Shown piece after piece: positions 32,480 through 43,059 of a stretch of 64,000 bases of DNA. The position numbers were made by a program, and so were the translations under genes. The DNA is taken from contig OZ250169.1 of NCBI GenBank assembly GCA_965237955.1, forward strand, positions 1,344,001 to 1,408,000. The letters run 5' to 3'. Position 1 is the first letter of the stretch, and the number at the start of each line of letters is the position of its first letter. The notes under the pieces were generated by a model that saw only the letters and a list, made by a program, of their open reading frames with translations, did not search any database and had not been told where the DNA came from. Origin of the DNA: Candidatus Marinacidobacterales bacterium (GTDB taxonomy: Bacteria > Acidobacteriota > Vicinamibacteria > Marinacidobacterales > SMYC01).

Positions 32480-34770
32480 ATGACCCCCAACTTCAAGACG
32501 GTCTTGTTCCTCGCCGTCGTGTGCGCGGCGTCAAGCTTTGCGCTCTCAGCCGATGGCGACGACTCCCTCAGTATCGACGAGCTCAACACGCTCCCGAGGC
32601 GCCGGCGGTGATGACCCGCGACGACGATGGCAACGCCACGCTGCGCGCGGTTCGGCTCGAGGAGCCGTTGGTCCTCGACGGCTCCCTCGACGAGCGGGCC
32701 TACGCAAGCGTCCCCGCGATGAGTGGATTCGTCCAGCAGGAACCGCACGCTGGTGAGCAGGCGACGGAGCAGACCGACGTCTGGGTGTTCTTCGATCAGA
32801 ACAACGTGTATGTCGCGGCCAGGCTTTGGGACTCGCACCCTGAGCGCATCGTTGCCAACGAGATGCGGCGCGACAACTTCAACATCAAGGGCCAGAACGC
32901 GAGCTTCTCCGTCATTCTCGATACCTTCTACGACCACCGCAACGGGTTCTTGTTCCGTACGAATCCGCTCGGCGCGCTCTGGGACGGCCAAGTGACGGAC
33001 GAGCAGAACGTCAACAGCGATTGGAACACGATTTGGTACGTGAAGTCGGCCCGCTTTGCCGAGGGATGGACGCTGGAGATGTCGCTTCCGTTCAAATCGC
33101 TTCGCTATCGGGCAGAAGACTCTCAGATCTGGGGCATCAACTTCGAGCGGCGGGTGAAGTGGAAAAACGAGAGCAGCCATCTGGTTCCGATCCCCCCCGC
33201 GTTCTATCGACAGGGGCTCATCAAGCTGTCGTTTGCGGCAACGCTCGTCGGTATCGAGACGCCAACGCACTCGATGAGCCTCGAGGTCAAGCCCTACGTG
33301 AGCGGTGCGACGAACACCGACTTGACCGCGGAAGAGCCGTACGAAAATCGAGGTGACGCCGATTTCGGCTTCGACGCGAAGTACGGTGTGACCAAAGGAC
33401 TGACATTCGACTTCACCTACAACACCGATTTCGCCCAAGTCGAGGCCGATGAATCTCAAGTGAACCTCACGCGATTCAGCCTCTTCTTTCCCGAAAAGCG
33501 CGAGTTCTTTCTCGAGGGTCAGGGCATTTTCAATTTCGGCGGTCGCGGCGCGCGCGCGTTTTCCTTCGATGGTCCGTCCGATGCGCCGGTCATGTTCTTC
33601 AGCCGTCGCATCGGTTTCGAGGACGGTCTCGAGGTCCCGATCCTCGCTGGTGGGCGGCTCACGGGTCGTGCCGGTGCGTTCAGCCTCGGTTTGCTGAACA
33701 TTACCACCGACGAGGCGCTTGGCGGCCTCATCCCCCAGATGAACTACTCGGTCGTCCGGGTGAAGCGTGACGTTCTCGCGCGCAGCAACATCGGTTTCAT
33801 CGGAACGTATCGTACCGAGAACCTGGATCGTACGGGCTCGAACGGCTTGCTCGGCGTCGACGGGAATTTCACGTTCTACGACAACCTGAATATCAACGCC
33901 TACTACGCGAAAACGGACACCCCTGAGCTCGATCAAGGGGACACGAGCTATCGGGGCGCGGTCAAATTCGATGCGGACTTGTACGGCTTCGAAGCGGAGC
34001 ACATGCTCATCGATCCCGACTTCAATCCTGAGCTCGGCTTCATGAGGCGCCGGGATATCCGCAAGACCCGTGCCGGTGCTCGCTACAGCATCCGCCCCGC
34101 CGCGATCGAAGCCATTCGCAAAGTCGACTTCGACGGCCGCTACAACGACTACCGGACCGTAAGCGGCGGCCAGATGGAGACCCAGATCTTCGATGTCGAG
34201 ACTCGTGTGCGTTTCGAAAGCGGTGACTTCGCGAAGTTCACCTACAGCCACAACTTCGAAGCGATTTTCGAGGATTTCGAGATCTCCGACGGCATCTTCA
34301 TTCCCGTCGGCAACTACCGGTTCGATCGCGTCCGCGCCGGCATGTGGTTCAGCAGACATCGTCGGCTCTCCGGGTGGGTCGGCGTGGAAGTGGGGAGCTT
34401 CTTCGGGGGCACCCGCACCGAGTTGACCTTGATGCGACGAAACCGTGTCGAGGTGACACCGCAGTTCTCCCTCGAGCCCGGCATCACCATCAACTGGATC
34501 GACCTTCCCCAAGGCGCCTTCACGACCAGCCTCGTCCGACTGCGAGCTACTTACACGATTTCGCCGCGGAGCTTCGTCGGCGCGCTCGTACAGTACAACT
34601 CCGAAGCGAACGCGTTCACGACCAACCTCCGCTTCCGCTGGGAGTACCGCCCCGGAAGCGACGTGTTCTTCGTCTATAGCGACGGCCGCGATACTTTGGC
34701 CGGCAGTGGCATCCCGACCCTAGAAAACCGCAGCGTGATTGTGAAAGTAACGCGGCTGTTTCGTTTTTAG
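32480..34770 (+). CDS. DUF5916 / CBM9-like outer-membrane protein, frameshift after the signal peptide (about 32592)
   Basis: NTDFAQVEAD..VNLTRFSLFFPEKREFFLEG and FSRRIG; signal peptide MTPNFKTVLF lies in another frame. Confidence 0.85.
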
Positions 34771-34792
34771 TGGATCCGCTATCCGCGTATCC

Positions 34793-34847
34793 GCGCCGTC
34801 GAAGCTCGTGCAACACGACCCTGCTGATGGCCGATGGCTGACGGCAG
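34793..34847 (-). repeat. Half copy of the heptamer-arm element with its conserved core
   Basis: Reverse complement GCCGTCAGCCATCGGCCATCAGCAGGG-N10-CGAGCTTCGACGGCGCGG matches 60619-60673. Confidence 0.75.
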
Positions 34848-34891
34848 CAGCTTAACGGGCGGACAAACATGCGATAAACTTTCCCCACCGC

Positions 34892-35923
34892 ATGCCGAAG
34901 AAGCGAGTCTCCGTTCTCTACGAGATATGGTGGCCCAAGGAGTCTCCCGAGCCGCCGCGCACGCTTCTCGGAAAACGTCCGGCCGATGGTCCGTCCGATC
35001 CGGAACCGGACGTTCACGAGGAAGTCTACGATGCTCTTGGAAGGATCGGCTATTCTCCGCAATACGCGGTGTTGGAAGGCGACGTCGCAAGCCTTGCGAA
35101 GATGGCGAGGGCGCGTACATCTCTGGTTTTCAATCTCACCGAATCATACGCCGGAGACGACACCAAAGACCTCCACGTGGCCGCATTTCTCGAGCTTTTG
35201 GGGAAACCTTTCACGGGCTGTGACGCGCGTGCTCTCCATCTAGGCCAGGACAAAGCTTTGGCCAAGAAGATTCTTTGCTTCCACGGTATCCCGACTCCCG
35301 ATTTCGTCTCGGTGGCGCGTGGGACGAAACGCATCGAGCCCGACCTTCCTTTCCCACTCATCGTGAAACCTTCGCTAGAAGACGGTTCGATCGGTATCGA
35401 CACCGGCTCCGTCGTTCACGATGACAAGGCGCTTCGTGAGCGCGTGCGATACATTTACTCGTCATTCGCGGGGCCCGCCCTGGTGGAACGCTATGTGGAA
35501 GGTCGAGAAATCTACGTGGCGATCATTGGAAACGATCCACCGGAGGCGCTACCCCTGGTGGAGCTGGACCTGTCGGGCGTTCCGCACGATGTACCGCGAA
35601 TCGCGGGGACCGAGGTCAAGTGGTGGAAGGGTTCGGAGATCTATCACAAGACGCCGCCGATCTACCCGAAGAATTTTTCTCGACAGCTCACCCGCAAAGT
35701 CCAGAAGATCGCCGTTGCTGCATTTCGTTCACTTGGACTGCGCGACTACGGGCGCGTGGATCTCAGAGTGACAGAAGGTGGAGCTGTGTTCGTCATCGAA
35801 GTGAATCCCAACCCGTGGCTCTCATCAGAGTGCGAGTACTTCATGGCGTGGAAGAAAACGGGACGTGGCTACGACGAGCTCATCGCCCGCCTAGTCGAGC
35901 TAGCCTTCGAGCGTGCTAAATAG
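34892..35923 (+). CDS. D-Ala-D-Ala ligase-like ATP-grasp protein
   Basis: DKALAK, IVKPSLEDGSIG, ERYVEGRE, YGRVDLR and EVNPNP motifs. Confidence 0.88.
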   Translation: MPKKRVSVLYEIWWPKESPEPPRTLLGKRPADGPSDPEPDVHEEVYDALGRIGYSPQYAVLEGDVASLAKMARARTSLVFNLTESYAGDDTKDLHVAAFLELLGKPFTGCDARALHLGQDKALAKKILCFHGIPTPDFVSVARGTKRIEPDLPFPLIVKPSLEDGSIGIDTGSVVHDDKALRERVRYIYSSFAGPALVERYVEGREIYVAIIGNDPPEALPLVELDLSGVPHDVPRIAGTEVKWWKGSEIYHKTPPIYPKNFSRQLTRKVQKIAVAAFRSLGLRDYGRVDLRVTEGGAVFVIEVNPNPWLSSECEYFMAWKKTGRGYDELIARLVELAFERAK

Positions 35924-36024
35924 GGCACGAACACCTTCTTGTAGCCGGTGCGGTCGGCGAGCTTTCCTGTTAAGGGTCGGGTCATCAGGATTACCTGCGG
36001 ACGGTGGGTGGACGGAACGCGAGC

Positions 36025-36324
36025 TCAGTCTTCGCTCTCGACTTCGTAGATGCTTTCGACCTCGAGGAGCTGCGCGATGAACTCGCGAACGTCGGACTCC
36101 GCCTGCTGTTCGGTGACCTCGAACTCCTTCACGATGGTGTTCACGATCTCTCGAAGGCCTCGTTTTCCGTCGATGAGCTCGTACACGCGGGCGCCGACTT
36201 CGTTCAACGTGTAGAGCGTCTCCATGTCGGCGACGTCTTTGCGCATAGGCACCAGGATCAGCTCGTCGACGATTTTGCGCGAGACGACCTCTTCGTTGCG
36301 GGCAAAGATAGCGTCGAGCTCCAT
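36025..36324 (-). CDS. PqqD-family (RiPP recognition element-like) protein
   Basis: LYTLNEVGARVYELIDGKR..IV..EFEV..AESDVREFIAQL. Confidence 0.88.
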   Translation of the reverse strand: MELDAIFARNEEVVSRKIVDELILVPMRKDVADMETLYTLNEVGARVYELIDGKRGLREIVNTIVKEFEVTEQQAESDVREFIAQLLEVESIYEVESED

Positions 36325-36351
36325 CGCGACGTTCCTAATAGGCTTGGTAGG

Positions 36352-36663
36352 CTAGTAGCGGGGAACGGTCGGGTCGATGGTTAGAGACCAGGCGTCGATC
36401 CCGCCGGCCATGCTCTTAACGTTGGTAAAGCCTTTTTGCGCGAAGAAATGAACCGCGTTGAGGCTACGGACACCGGTGTGACAATAGAACACGAGCGGCG
36501 TGTCTTTGTCCCACGAGGCCATCATCTCGTCGACGAGCGTTTTCGAAGCGAGCGTCGCTCCCTCGATACGCGCCGTATTCCACTCGTCTTCACCGCGCAC
36601 GTCGATGAGGCGAATGGTGCTCGATTTGAGCGCTTCCTGAACGTCCTGCGGCGAGACTTCCAC
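36352..36663 (-). CDS. Rhodanese-like sulfurtransferase
   Basis: IDVR, YCHTGVRS and GGIDAWS..IDPTVPRY motifs. Confidence 0.92.
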   Translation of the reverse strand: MEVSPQDVQEALKSSTIRLIDVRGEDEWNTARIEGATLASKTLVDEMMASWDKDTPLVFYCHTGVRSLNAVHFFAQKGFTNVKSMAGGIDAWSLTIDPTVPRY

Positions 36664-36707
36664 GAAACTCCCCCTCCTGTGGGAGTTAGTGTATCAGCAT
36701 TCAGCAT

Positions 36708-37318
36708 CGGGTTCATTCCAGGTCTGTTCATCCGTGCCAACGCACTCGACACGGCGTGGGGTACCGACGATATCGATTTCATCGCCGACGTTCGCCCACG
36801 CGGCGCAGTTCTACCCAAGTGTGAGGACCCGAGCGCGGTCGAGGACGTGGCGAGCCGACTCGGATTGGGCGTGGGATTGTTCTTGATGGTCGAGACCGCC
36901 GAGGGAGTCCTCGAAGCCGCCGCACTTGCGTGTGCGTCCAACGTGACCGGGCTCGTCTTCGGCGCTGCCGACTATCGTGAAAGATGCCGGCGGCCCGCGC
37001 GGCGTGAAGAAAGCGTTCGACACTCCTTGGTTCGAGTACAAGGATGTCGACGGTCTCGAGGCGAGCGCGCATCGCGTTCGCCAAATGGGTTTCGATGGTA
37101 AGACGGCGATCCACCCGAGCCAAGTGCCGGTGATCAACCGTGTGTTCTCACCGAGCCCGGAAGAAGTAGCGCGGGCGCGCCGCATCATCGAGGTCATGGA
37201 GAGGGCATCCGCGGAAGGGAAGAACGTCGCCACCCTCGACGACGAGATGGTCGAAGCGCTCCACGTAAGAGAGGCCATGCGGATTCTGGCAAGGGCCGGA
37301 ACCGCGCAGCCATCTTGA
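36708..37318 (+). pseudogene. CitE/HpcH-HpaI citrate lyase beta-like gene, 5' truncated with an internal deletion/frameshift
   Basis: IRAN, LPKCE, MVETAEG and FGAADY in one frame; GFDGKTAIHPSQ in another. Confidence 0.85.
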
Positions 37319-37337
37319 GACGGGCTAGCGCTCCGAC

Positions 37338-39572
37338 TCACCGTTTCGGGCCGTTAAGCTCACGTTCTACTGGCGACAGGCAGCGCGTATCATCGCAAGC
37401 TTGATACACGAGGACGACGCGCTCGCCGCGGAGCTCGCCGGTAAGGGTGATTTCGCCTCCGTAAACCGAGATCGCGTCGTCGGAGAACGCGAACGTCATC
37501 ATCTCGCCTCGGGGATAGGTGATGTCGCCGACGTCGCCTTGGACTTCGGTCGCAATCAAATACGGTGACGACGCCGGGTTGGCGTTCACGTGCCAACCGT
37601 CTTGGATCTGCATCTCAATCTGGAATCGACCGTTCGTCGTGTGAAGCGTTGCGGCGACGACGGAATCCGCGATCGATTGCGGCGTCTCCTGCCCTTGCCG
37701 CTCACTGTGGTAGCGCGTGATCGAAAGCGCAAGTGTTTTCGTCGCCGATGGGTGCTGCGTGTACTCTGAAGAAAAAGCACGGAGCGCCGACTCCGCGCGC
37801 TCGGTGTAGACTTCCTTCCCGGTGAGCTCGGCCAGATTCATGAGCGCTTCGACTGCGGCGCCGTTTCCCGACGGGATCGCGCCGTCCATCGCGCCTTTCG
37901 TTTGGAACAAGTTCAACGGGTCCTCGGTGGTCTGGAAATAGCCACCATCCGGATCGCGAAGGCGAGACTCGAGCTCGTCGGCCAGTTTTTCGGCTGCCGC
38001 GAGCCAACGAGTGTCGCCGGTCTCACGATGGAGGGTCACGAGGCCGCGCATCATGAACGCGTAGTCGTCGAGAAACGCATCCACTTTGCTCTCGCCGTTT
38101 CTCCACGAGTGCTGGAGCGTTCCGTCCTCGCCTTCGAGCGATTCGAGGACGAAGCCCGCCGCTTTTGTGGCCGCATCGCGATACCGCGGCTCGTCGAAAA
38201 ACTCGCCACCTTTGGCCATGGCGGCGATCATCATCCCGTTCCAATCCACGAGCACTTTGTCGTCGAGGAGCGGGAACTCTCGTTGCAGGCGCGCGAGTCG
38301 AAGCGTTTCGATGGCCGGGGCCATACGTTCGAGCAGAGCTTCCCGCGTCGTCTCGAGCCGTGTCGCGTGCTGGTTGAGCGGGGCGCTCAGGTAGACGGTG
38401 TAGAGGTGCTCTTCGAAGTTAGGGTCGCCATCGAACGCGAAGATTGGCCCGAGGAGCGCGAGCTCGTCGTCGCTCAGAATCGTTTCGAGCTCCTCGCGGC
38501 TCCACACGTAATAGGCGCCCTCGTGGAGATCCGTCTGAGAGTCGATAGCCGATTGGAATCCGCCGACATCGTGGGTCAAGCGTTCCAGCACGAAGTCGAG
38601 AGTTCCGCGGGCGAAGCGCGCGAGCTCTTCGTCCCCGGTAAGGCGAGCCGTGTCGATCAGGATCTCGGCGAGAAACGCGTTGTCATACAGCATCTTCTCG
38701 AAGTGCGGCACGCGCCACTCGCGATCGGTGGCGTAGCGATGGAATCCCCCGCCGACGTGGTCGTAGAGCGCACCTTCGACCATGTGGCGCAGGGTCTCGA
38801 CGAGCATGCGACGCGCGTCTCCCTCGCCGTCGACGGCGCGCGCGTGGAGAAGAAAGAGATTGGCCGGTGACGGGAACTTGGGCGCGGGACCGAATCCACC
38901 CCACTTCTCGTCGAAGCTTTGCCGGAGGGAATCGACGGCACGCTCGACGCCGTCTTCGCCGGGTACATCGGAAGCCGGGCCGGCTCGCGATGCAATCATG
39001 TCCTCCATCGCGGTTTTGATGCGCGCGGCGGACTCCTCGATGCGGGCGCGGTCGGTCGTCCACAGCTGTTGGATGCGATCGAGGATGGTGGGGAAGCCAA
39101 CCATGTTGCCACGGTCTTCGGGCGGGAAATAGGTGCCGGCGAAGAACGGTTCGAGATCCGGCGTCAGGAAGACCGAGTTCGGCCACCCGCCGCGGCGGGT
39201 GATGAGCTGCGTCGCGGTCATGTAAATCTCGTCGAGGTCCGGGCGCTCTTCTCGGTCCACTTTGATATTGATGAAGCCCGCGTTCATGATCGCCGCGATC
39301 TCCGGAACATCGAAGACGTCTTCTTCCATCCGGTGGCACCAGTAGCACGTGGAGTAGCCCACGGAGAGGAAAATGGGCCTGTCGAGCGAGCGAGCGAGCG
39401 CGATGGCTTCTTCGCCCCAGGGATACCAGTCTACCGGGTTGCGCGCGTGGAGCTGCAAGTACGGGCTGGTCTCATGGTAGAGGCGGTTGGTGCCGGGTGG
39501 TCGTTCCTGCGAAGGGGAGCACCGGGGCCCGACGAGAGCGAAAGCGAGAAGTAGCATGAGGCTCCGAGACAT
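37338..39572 (-). CDS. YyaL/SSP411 (DUF255) thioredoxin-domain protein with a C-terminal DsbD-N-like domain
   Basis: SPYLQLHARNPVDWYPW, CYWCH, VDREERPD, PHFEKMLYDN and YQACDDTRCL motifs. Confidence 0.93.
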   Translation of the reverse strand: MSRSLMLLLAFALVGPRCSPSQERPPGTNRLYHETSPYLQLHARNPVDWYPWGEEAIALARSLDRPIFLSVGYSTCYWCHRMEEDVFDVPEIAAIMNAGFINIKVDREERPDLDEIYMTATQLITRRGGWPNSVFLTPDLEPFFAGTYFPPEDRGNMVGFPTILDRIQQLWTTDRARIEESAARIKTAMEDMIASRAGPASDVPGEDGVERAVDSLRQSFDEKWGGFGPAPKFPSPANLFLLHARAVDGEGDARRMLVETLRHMVEGALYDHVGGGFHRYATDREWRVPHFEKMLYDNAFLAEILIDTARLTGDEELARFARGTLDFVLERLTHDVGGFQSAIDSQTDLHEGAYYVWSREELETILSDDELALLGPIFAFDGDPNFEEHLYTVYLSAPLNQHATRLETTREALLERMAPAIETLRLARLQREFPLLDDKVLVDWNGMMIAAMAKGGEFFDEPRYRDAATKAAGFVLESLEGEDGTLQHSWRNGESKVDAFLDDYAFMMRGLVTLHRETGDTRWLAAAEKLADELESRLRDPDGGYFQTTEDPLNLFQTKGAMDGAIPSGNGAAVEALMNLAELTGKEVYTERAESALRAFSSEYTQHPSATKTLALSITRYHSERQGQETPQSIADSVVAATLHTTNGRFQIEMQIQDGWHVNANPASSPYLIATEVQGDVGDITYPRGEMMTFAFSDDAISVYGGEITLTGELRGERVVLVYQACDDTRCLSPVERELNGPKR

Positions 39573-39710
39573 AGTTGAACATTAGGTTGTTGGTGGAAGC
39601 GGCGCAACTCGCTGCACTGGAGCGCCGTCCTGAGGGGAAGCAGGAACCAAAGAAGCGCAGGAATGCAGTAGACAGATTTGTGGTAGCGTTCCTGTTCAAT
39701 GGAGGTGGGC

Positions 39711-42700
39711 ATGGGCTCGCGGGCGCTTGCGCTCGGTGTTCTGGTGGCGGCCTGTGCCGCTTCGAGCGTTGCCGAGGAGCTCGAGGTCGTCCTCCGCGAA
39801 GGCACGAACTTCGCGGTCGCTCGCTCTCCCGTCGACGATAGTTTCATCCTCGACTTGCAGGGGACTTTGTGGCGACTGCCGAGTGACGGCGGGGAAGCGA
39901 CCGCGTTGACCGACAGCATGGGCGACGACCGCATGCCTCACATCTCGCCCGACGGCGCGCGCGTCGTCTTTCAGTCGTACCGCGCGGGCACGTGGGATAT
40001 TTGGGCAGCGAATGCCGATGGCTCGGCACTCGTCGCACTCACCGATAGCCGGTTCGACGATCGGGAGCCGGTGTTCTCGCCCGATGGCACATGGGTCGCG
40101 TTCTCGTCAGACCGGAACGGGAACTACGATATCTGGGTGCTCGACCTCGAGACGCAGGAGCTCGAAGCCCTCACCCGACACGAGGCGAGCGACTTCATGC
40201 CCGCGTGGTCGCCTTCCGGGGACGCGATCGCGTTCGTGTCCGAGCGTGATTCGGAGCCAGCTCTCTACCGTCTGGAGCCGGGCTCGGATGGCGAGCCCAC
40301 GCGACTCGCATCGTTCGACGGAAGGATAGCCGCACCGTCGTGGAGCCCGAATGGCTACCGTATTGCGCTGCGCTTGCTGGAGCTAGGGTCGATGAGCGCG
40401 GATGCCTTGGGCCCGGCGCCCGAGTCGAGTCGGCTAGTGCTCGTTTCTGTGGATAGCGGCGAGGTCGTCGACGTGGTGACGCCGACAGACGTCTTTCCGT
40501 TTCGCATCGAGTGGTTGGGCGACGCGGAGATCGTCTACACGGCGGCGGGATCGCTTTGGCGACAGTCACTCGAGGGAGGGGCCGAAGCTCGTGCGATTCC
40601 GTTTGAGGCGACGGTGACGTTGGACCGGTCACCCTACCGAAGGCGCGACGTCGATCTCATCGAGGATGGCGAGGAGCTACCCGTGCGCGGCATCGTTCGC
40701 CCGGTGGTATCACCGGACGGCTCGAAGATCGCGTTTGCGGCCCTTGGCGATATTTGGACGGTCTCGTCTCAGGGCGGTGAGCCCGTCGCTCTCACCCGCG
40801 ACGAGCATCTCGACTCGGATCCTTCCTGGTCACCCGATTCGAGTTCGCTCGTGTACAGCTCGGATCGTTGGGGAACGATGGATCTGTGGGTCAAGGCGGT
40901 TTCAGCGTCGCACCGCACCCGCGGACGCCAGCTGACGTTCGCAATCGGCGCTGAAATCTCGCCAGCGTGGTCGCCCGATGGGACGAAGGTCGCTTACGTC
41001 GACGAGCGCTCGCGGATCCACGTTGTGCCCGCGACCGGCGGTAACGACGAAGTGCTGAGCTCGCCGCGTCGCGGCGTGAGCCAGCCGTCGTGGTCGAGCG
41101 ACAGCCACCATTTGGCCTTTGCCGTTCACGAACCAATCTCGTCTCGTTTTCGTGAGGGCTACAATCGGATCCACGTGCTCGATACCAGAAGCAGCCTGTC
41201 AGGCCTGTCGCGCGTTGTCGAGCAACCCAAAGGAAGTGTCGGCACGCGCGACGGGGACGGGCCGGTGTGGAGTCCCGATGGGCGCTCGATGGCGTTCGCG
41301 ATGGACGGCGGTCTATGGGTCATGCCAGTCGCAATCGACGGGAAACCTCGAGACGTTCCGCGGGAAGTTGTTCGGGAGGCAGTCGATTTTCCCAGCTGGT
41401 CGCCCGATAGCGCTTCGATCCTTTTCGTCGGGCCGAAAGGGATGAAACGCGTGGATCTCGAGAGTGGGCGCGCGACGCACGTCGGCGTTCAACATCACTA
41501 CGAAGCGGTCTCGGCAGGCGGTCGTTTCATGATCCGCGACGTGCGTATCGTGGACGGTAGTCGAGAGACCGCGCTCGAGCACCAGGATGTCGTGATCGAA
41601 GGCAACCGTATCGAGCGCATCGAGCCCACGATGGCGGTCCTCCCCCGAGACATGCGCGTCATCGACGGCGCCGGTAAGACGCTCATCCCCGGGCTCATCG
41701 AAATGCATACGCACTTGAGCCTACCGGCGTAGGGCTCGCAGCACGGCAAAGTGTGGCTAGCGTATGGCATCACCTCCATCAGGACACTCACGGATGCGCC
41801 GTACCGAACCCTCGAGGAACGCGAATCCGTGCGTTCGGGTCGGCGGATCGGTCCGCGAGTTTTCATGACCGGCGCCGCGATGGACGGTGACCGCGTCTAT
41901 TACACGAGCAACCTCGCCATCGGCGATGAGGAAGAGCTCGCCCGGGAGATGCAACGCGCCTTCGATATCGGCTACGACCTCGTCAAAACTTACGTGCGTC
42001 TGCCCGACGATCTCCAGAAGCTCGCGATCGAGGAAGCACATCGTCAAGGAATCTTCGTCACATCACACGAGCTGTATCCTGCGCTCGCGTACGGTGTCGA
42101 TGGCGTCGAGCACGTCGCAGGGACGTCGCGACGCGGCTATTCGCCGAAACTTTCCGACCTCGGTCGAAGCTACGACGACGTCATCGAGCTCATCGGGCGC
42201 TCCGGCGTCTATTTCACGCCGACGGTATTGATCTACGGCGGCTGGACGCTCGCACTCGCGCGCGCGCCCGAGCTCGTTCGAGAGCGTCGCTTTGAAAAGC
42301 TATTTCCGGCGTGGGCTCAGGATCGGTTCAAAAGTACGCCCGTTACCGAGAACGCGGACGCTGCTAGCGATGTGGTGGCCCCCATCTTCGAAACGGTGCG
42401 AGGCGTTTCCGATCGGGGAGGTCGTATCCTAGCGGGCACCGACTCGCCGATCGTGCCCTATGGGTTGAGCCTGCTCCTCGAGATCGAGCAACTTGCCGAA
42501 GCCGGTCTCGCTCCGATGGAAGCGCTCGATAGTGCGACTCGAGTCGCTGCCGAAGCGCTCGGTGTGGGGCACGAGCTCGGGACCATCGAGGTTGGCAAGA
42601 TCGCCGACCTCGTCCTCCTCGGTGGAGACCCGTTGGAAGATATCGGGAACTTGCGGAAGACCGAACTCGTCATCATGAACGGCCGCCTTGTCACAGTGGA

Positions 42701-42722
42701 GCAGCTATTGAGAAGCCCCTGA
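39711..42722 (+). pseudogene. TolB-like beta-propeller + amidohydrolase, interrupted by an in-frame TAG at 41730-41732
   Basis: PxWSPDG repeats; PGLIEMHTH, AGTDSP and GKIADLV motifs; both ORFs are in the same frame. Confidence 0.85.
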
Positions 42723-42799
42723 GCATCCAAAAAAAGGTGCTTCCGGGGTTTCCGGGTGAATGAACAGCGGCAAATCATTGCGGCTCGACGCACCGAGCG

Positions 42800-42976
42800 C
42801 TAGATGCTTCCCACTAAAACAAGAGTCGCCCACGAAGGCGCCGTGTCGCGTAACGGCAACGTCACCGAGAAGAGCAGGAACAACCGAATCCACTCGCCGT
42901 CGGGGCCGTAGATGCGACGAAATGCTTCGGTCTGATCTTGTTTGACCTGATACTCCGAGATATAGGCGAAGCTCAT
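42800..42976 (-). pseudogene. Possible ABM-like (dimeric alpha-beta barrel) N-terminal fragment
   Basis: EYQVK..EAFRRIYGPDGEWIRLF, then divergent sequence. Confidence 0.45.
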
Positions 42977-43059
42977 GTCGCCCTGATTGTAGAGCACTTA
43001 CATTGCTTTTCCCCAGCGAGCGCAATAAGCTGCCGGTCGCCAAACACGAGGAGAAACCG

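Noticed and set aside
32365-34512. 715-aa antisense ORF
   Set aside because: It shadows the DUF5916 gene in GC-rich, codon-biased DNA and has no recognisable motifs
34892-36324. ATP-grasp + PqqD as a RiPP cluster
   Set aside because: The genes are convergent, the ligase is Ddl-like, and no precursor or maturase was seen
1801-41732. Genome-wide stop-codon reassignment
   Set aside because: TAG and TGA terminate many conserved genes at the expected position (gcvP, folA, thyA, ggt); add also carries frameshifts
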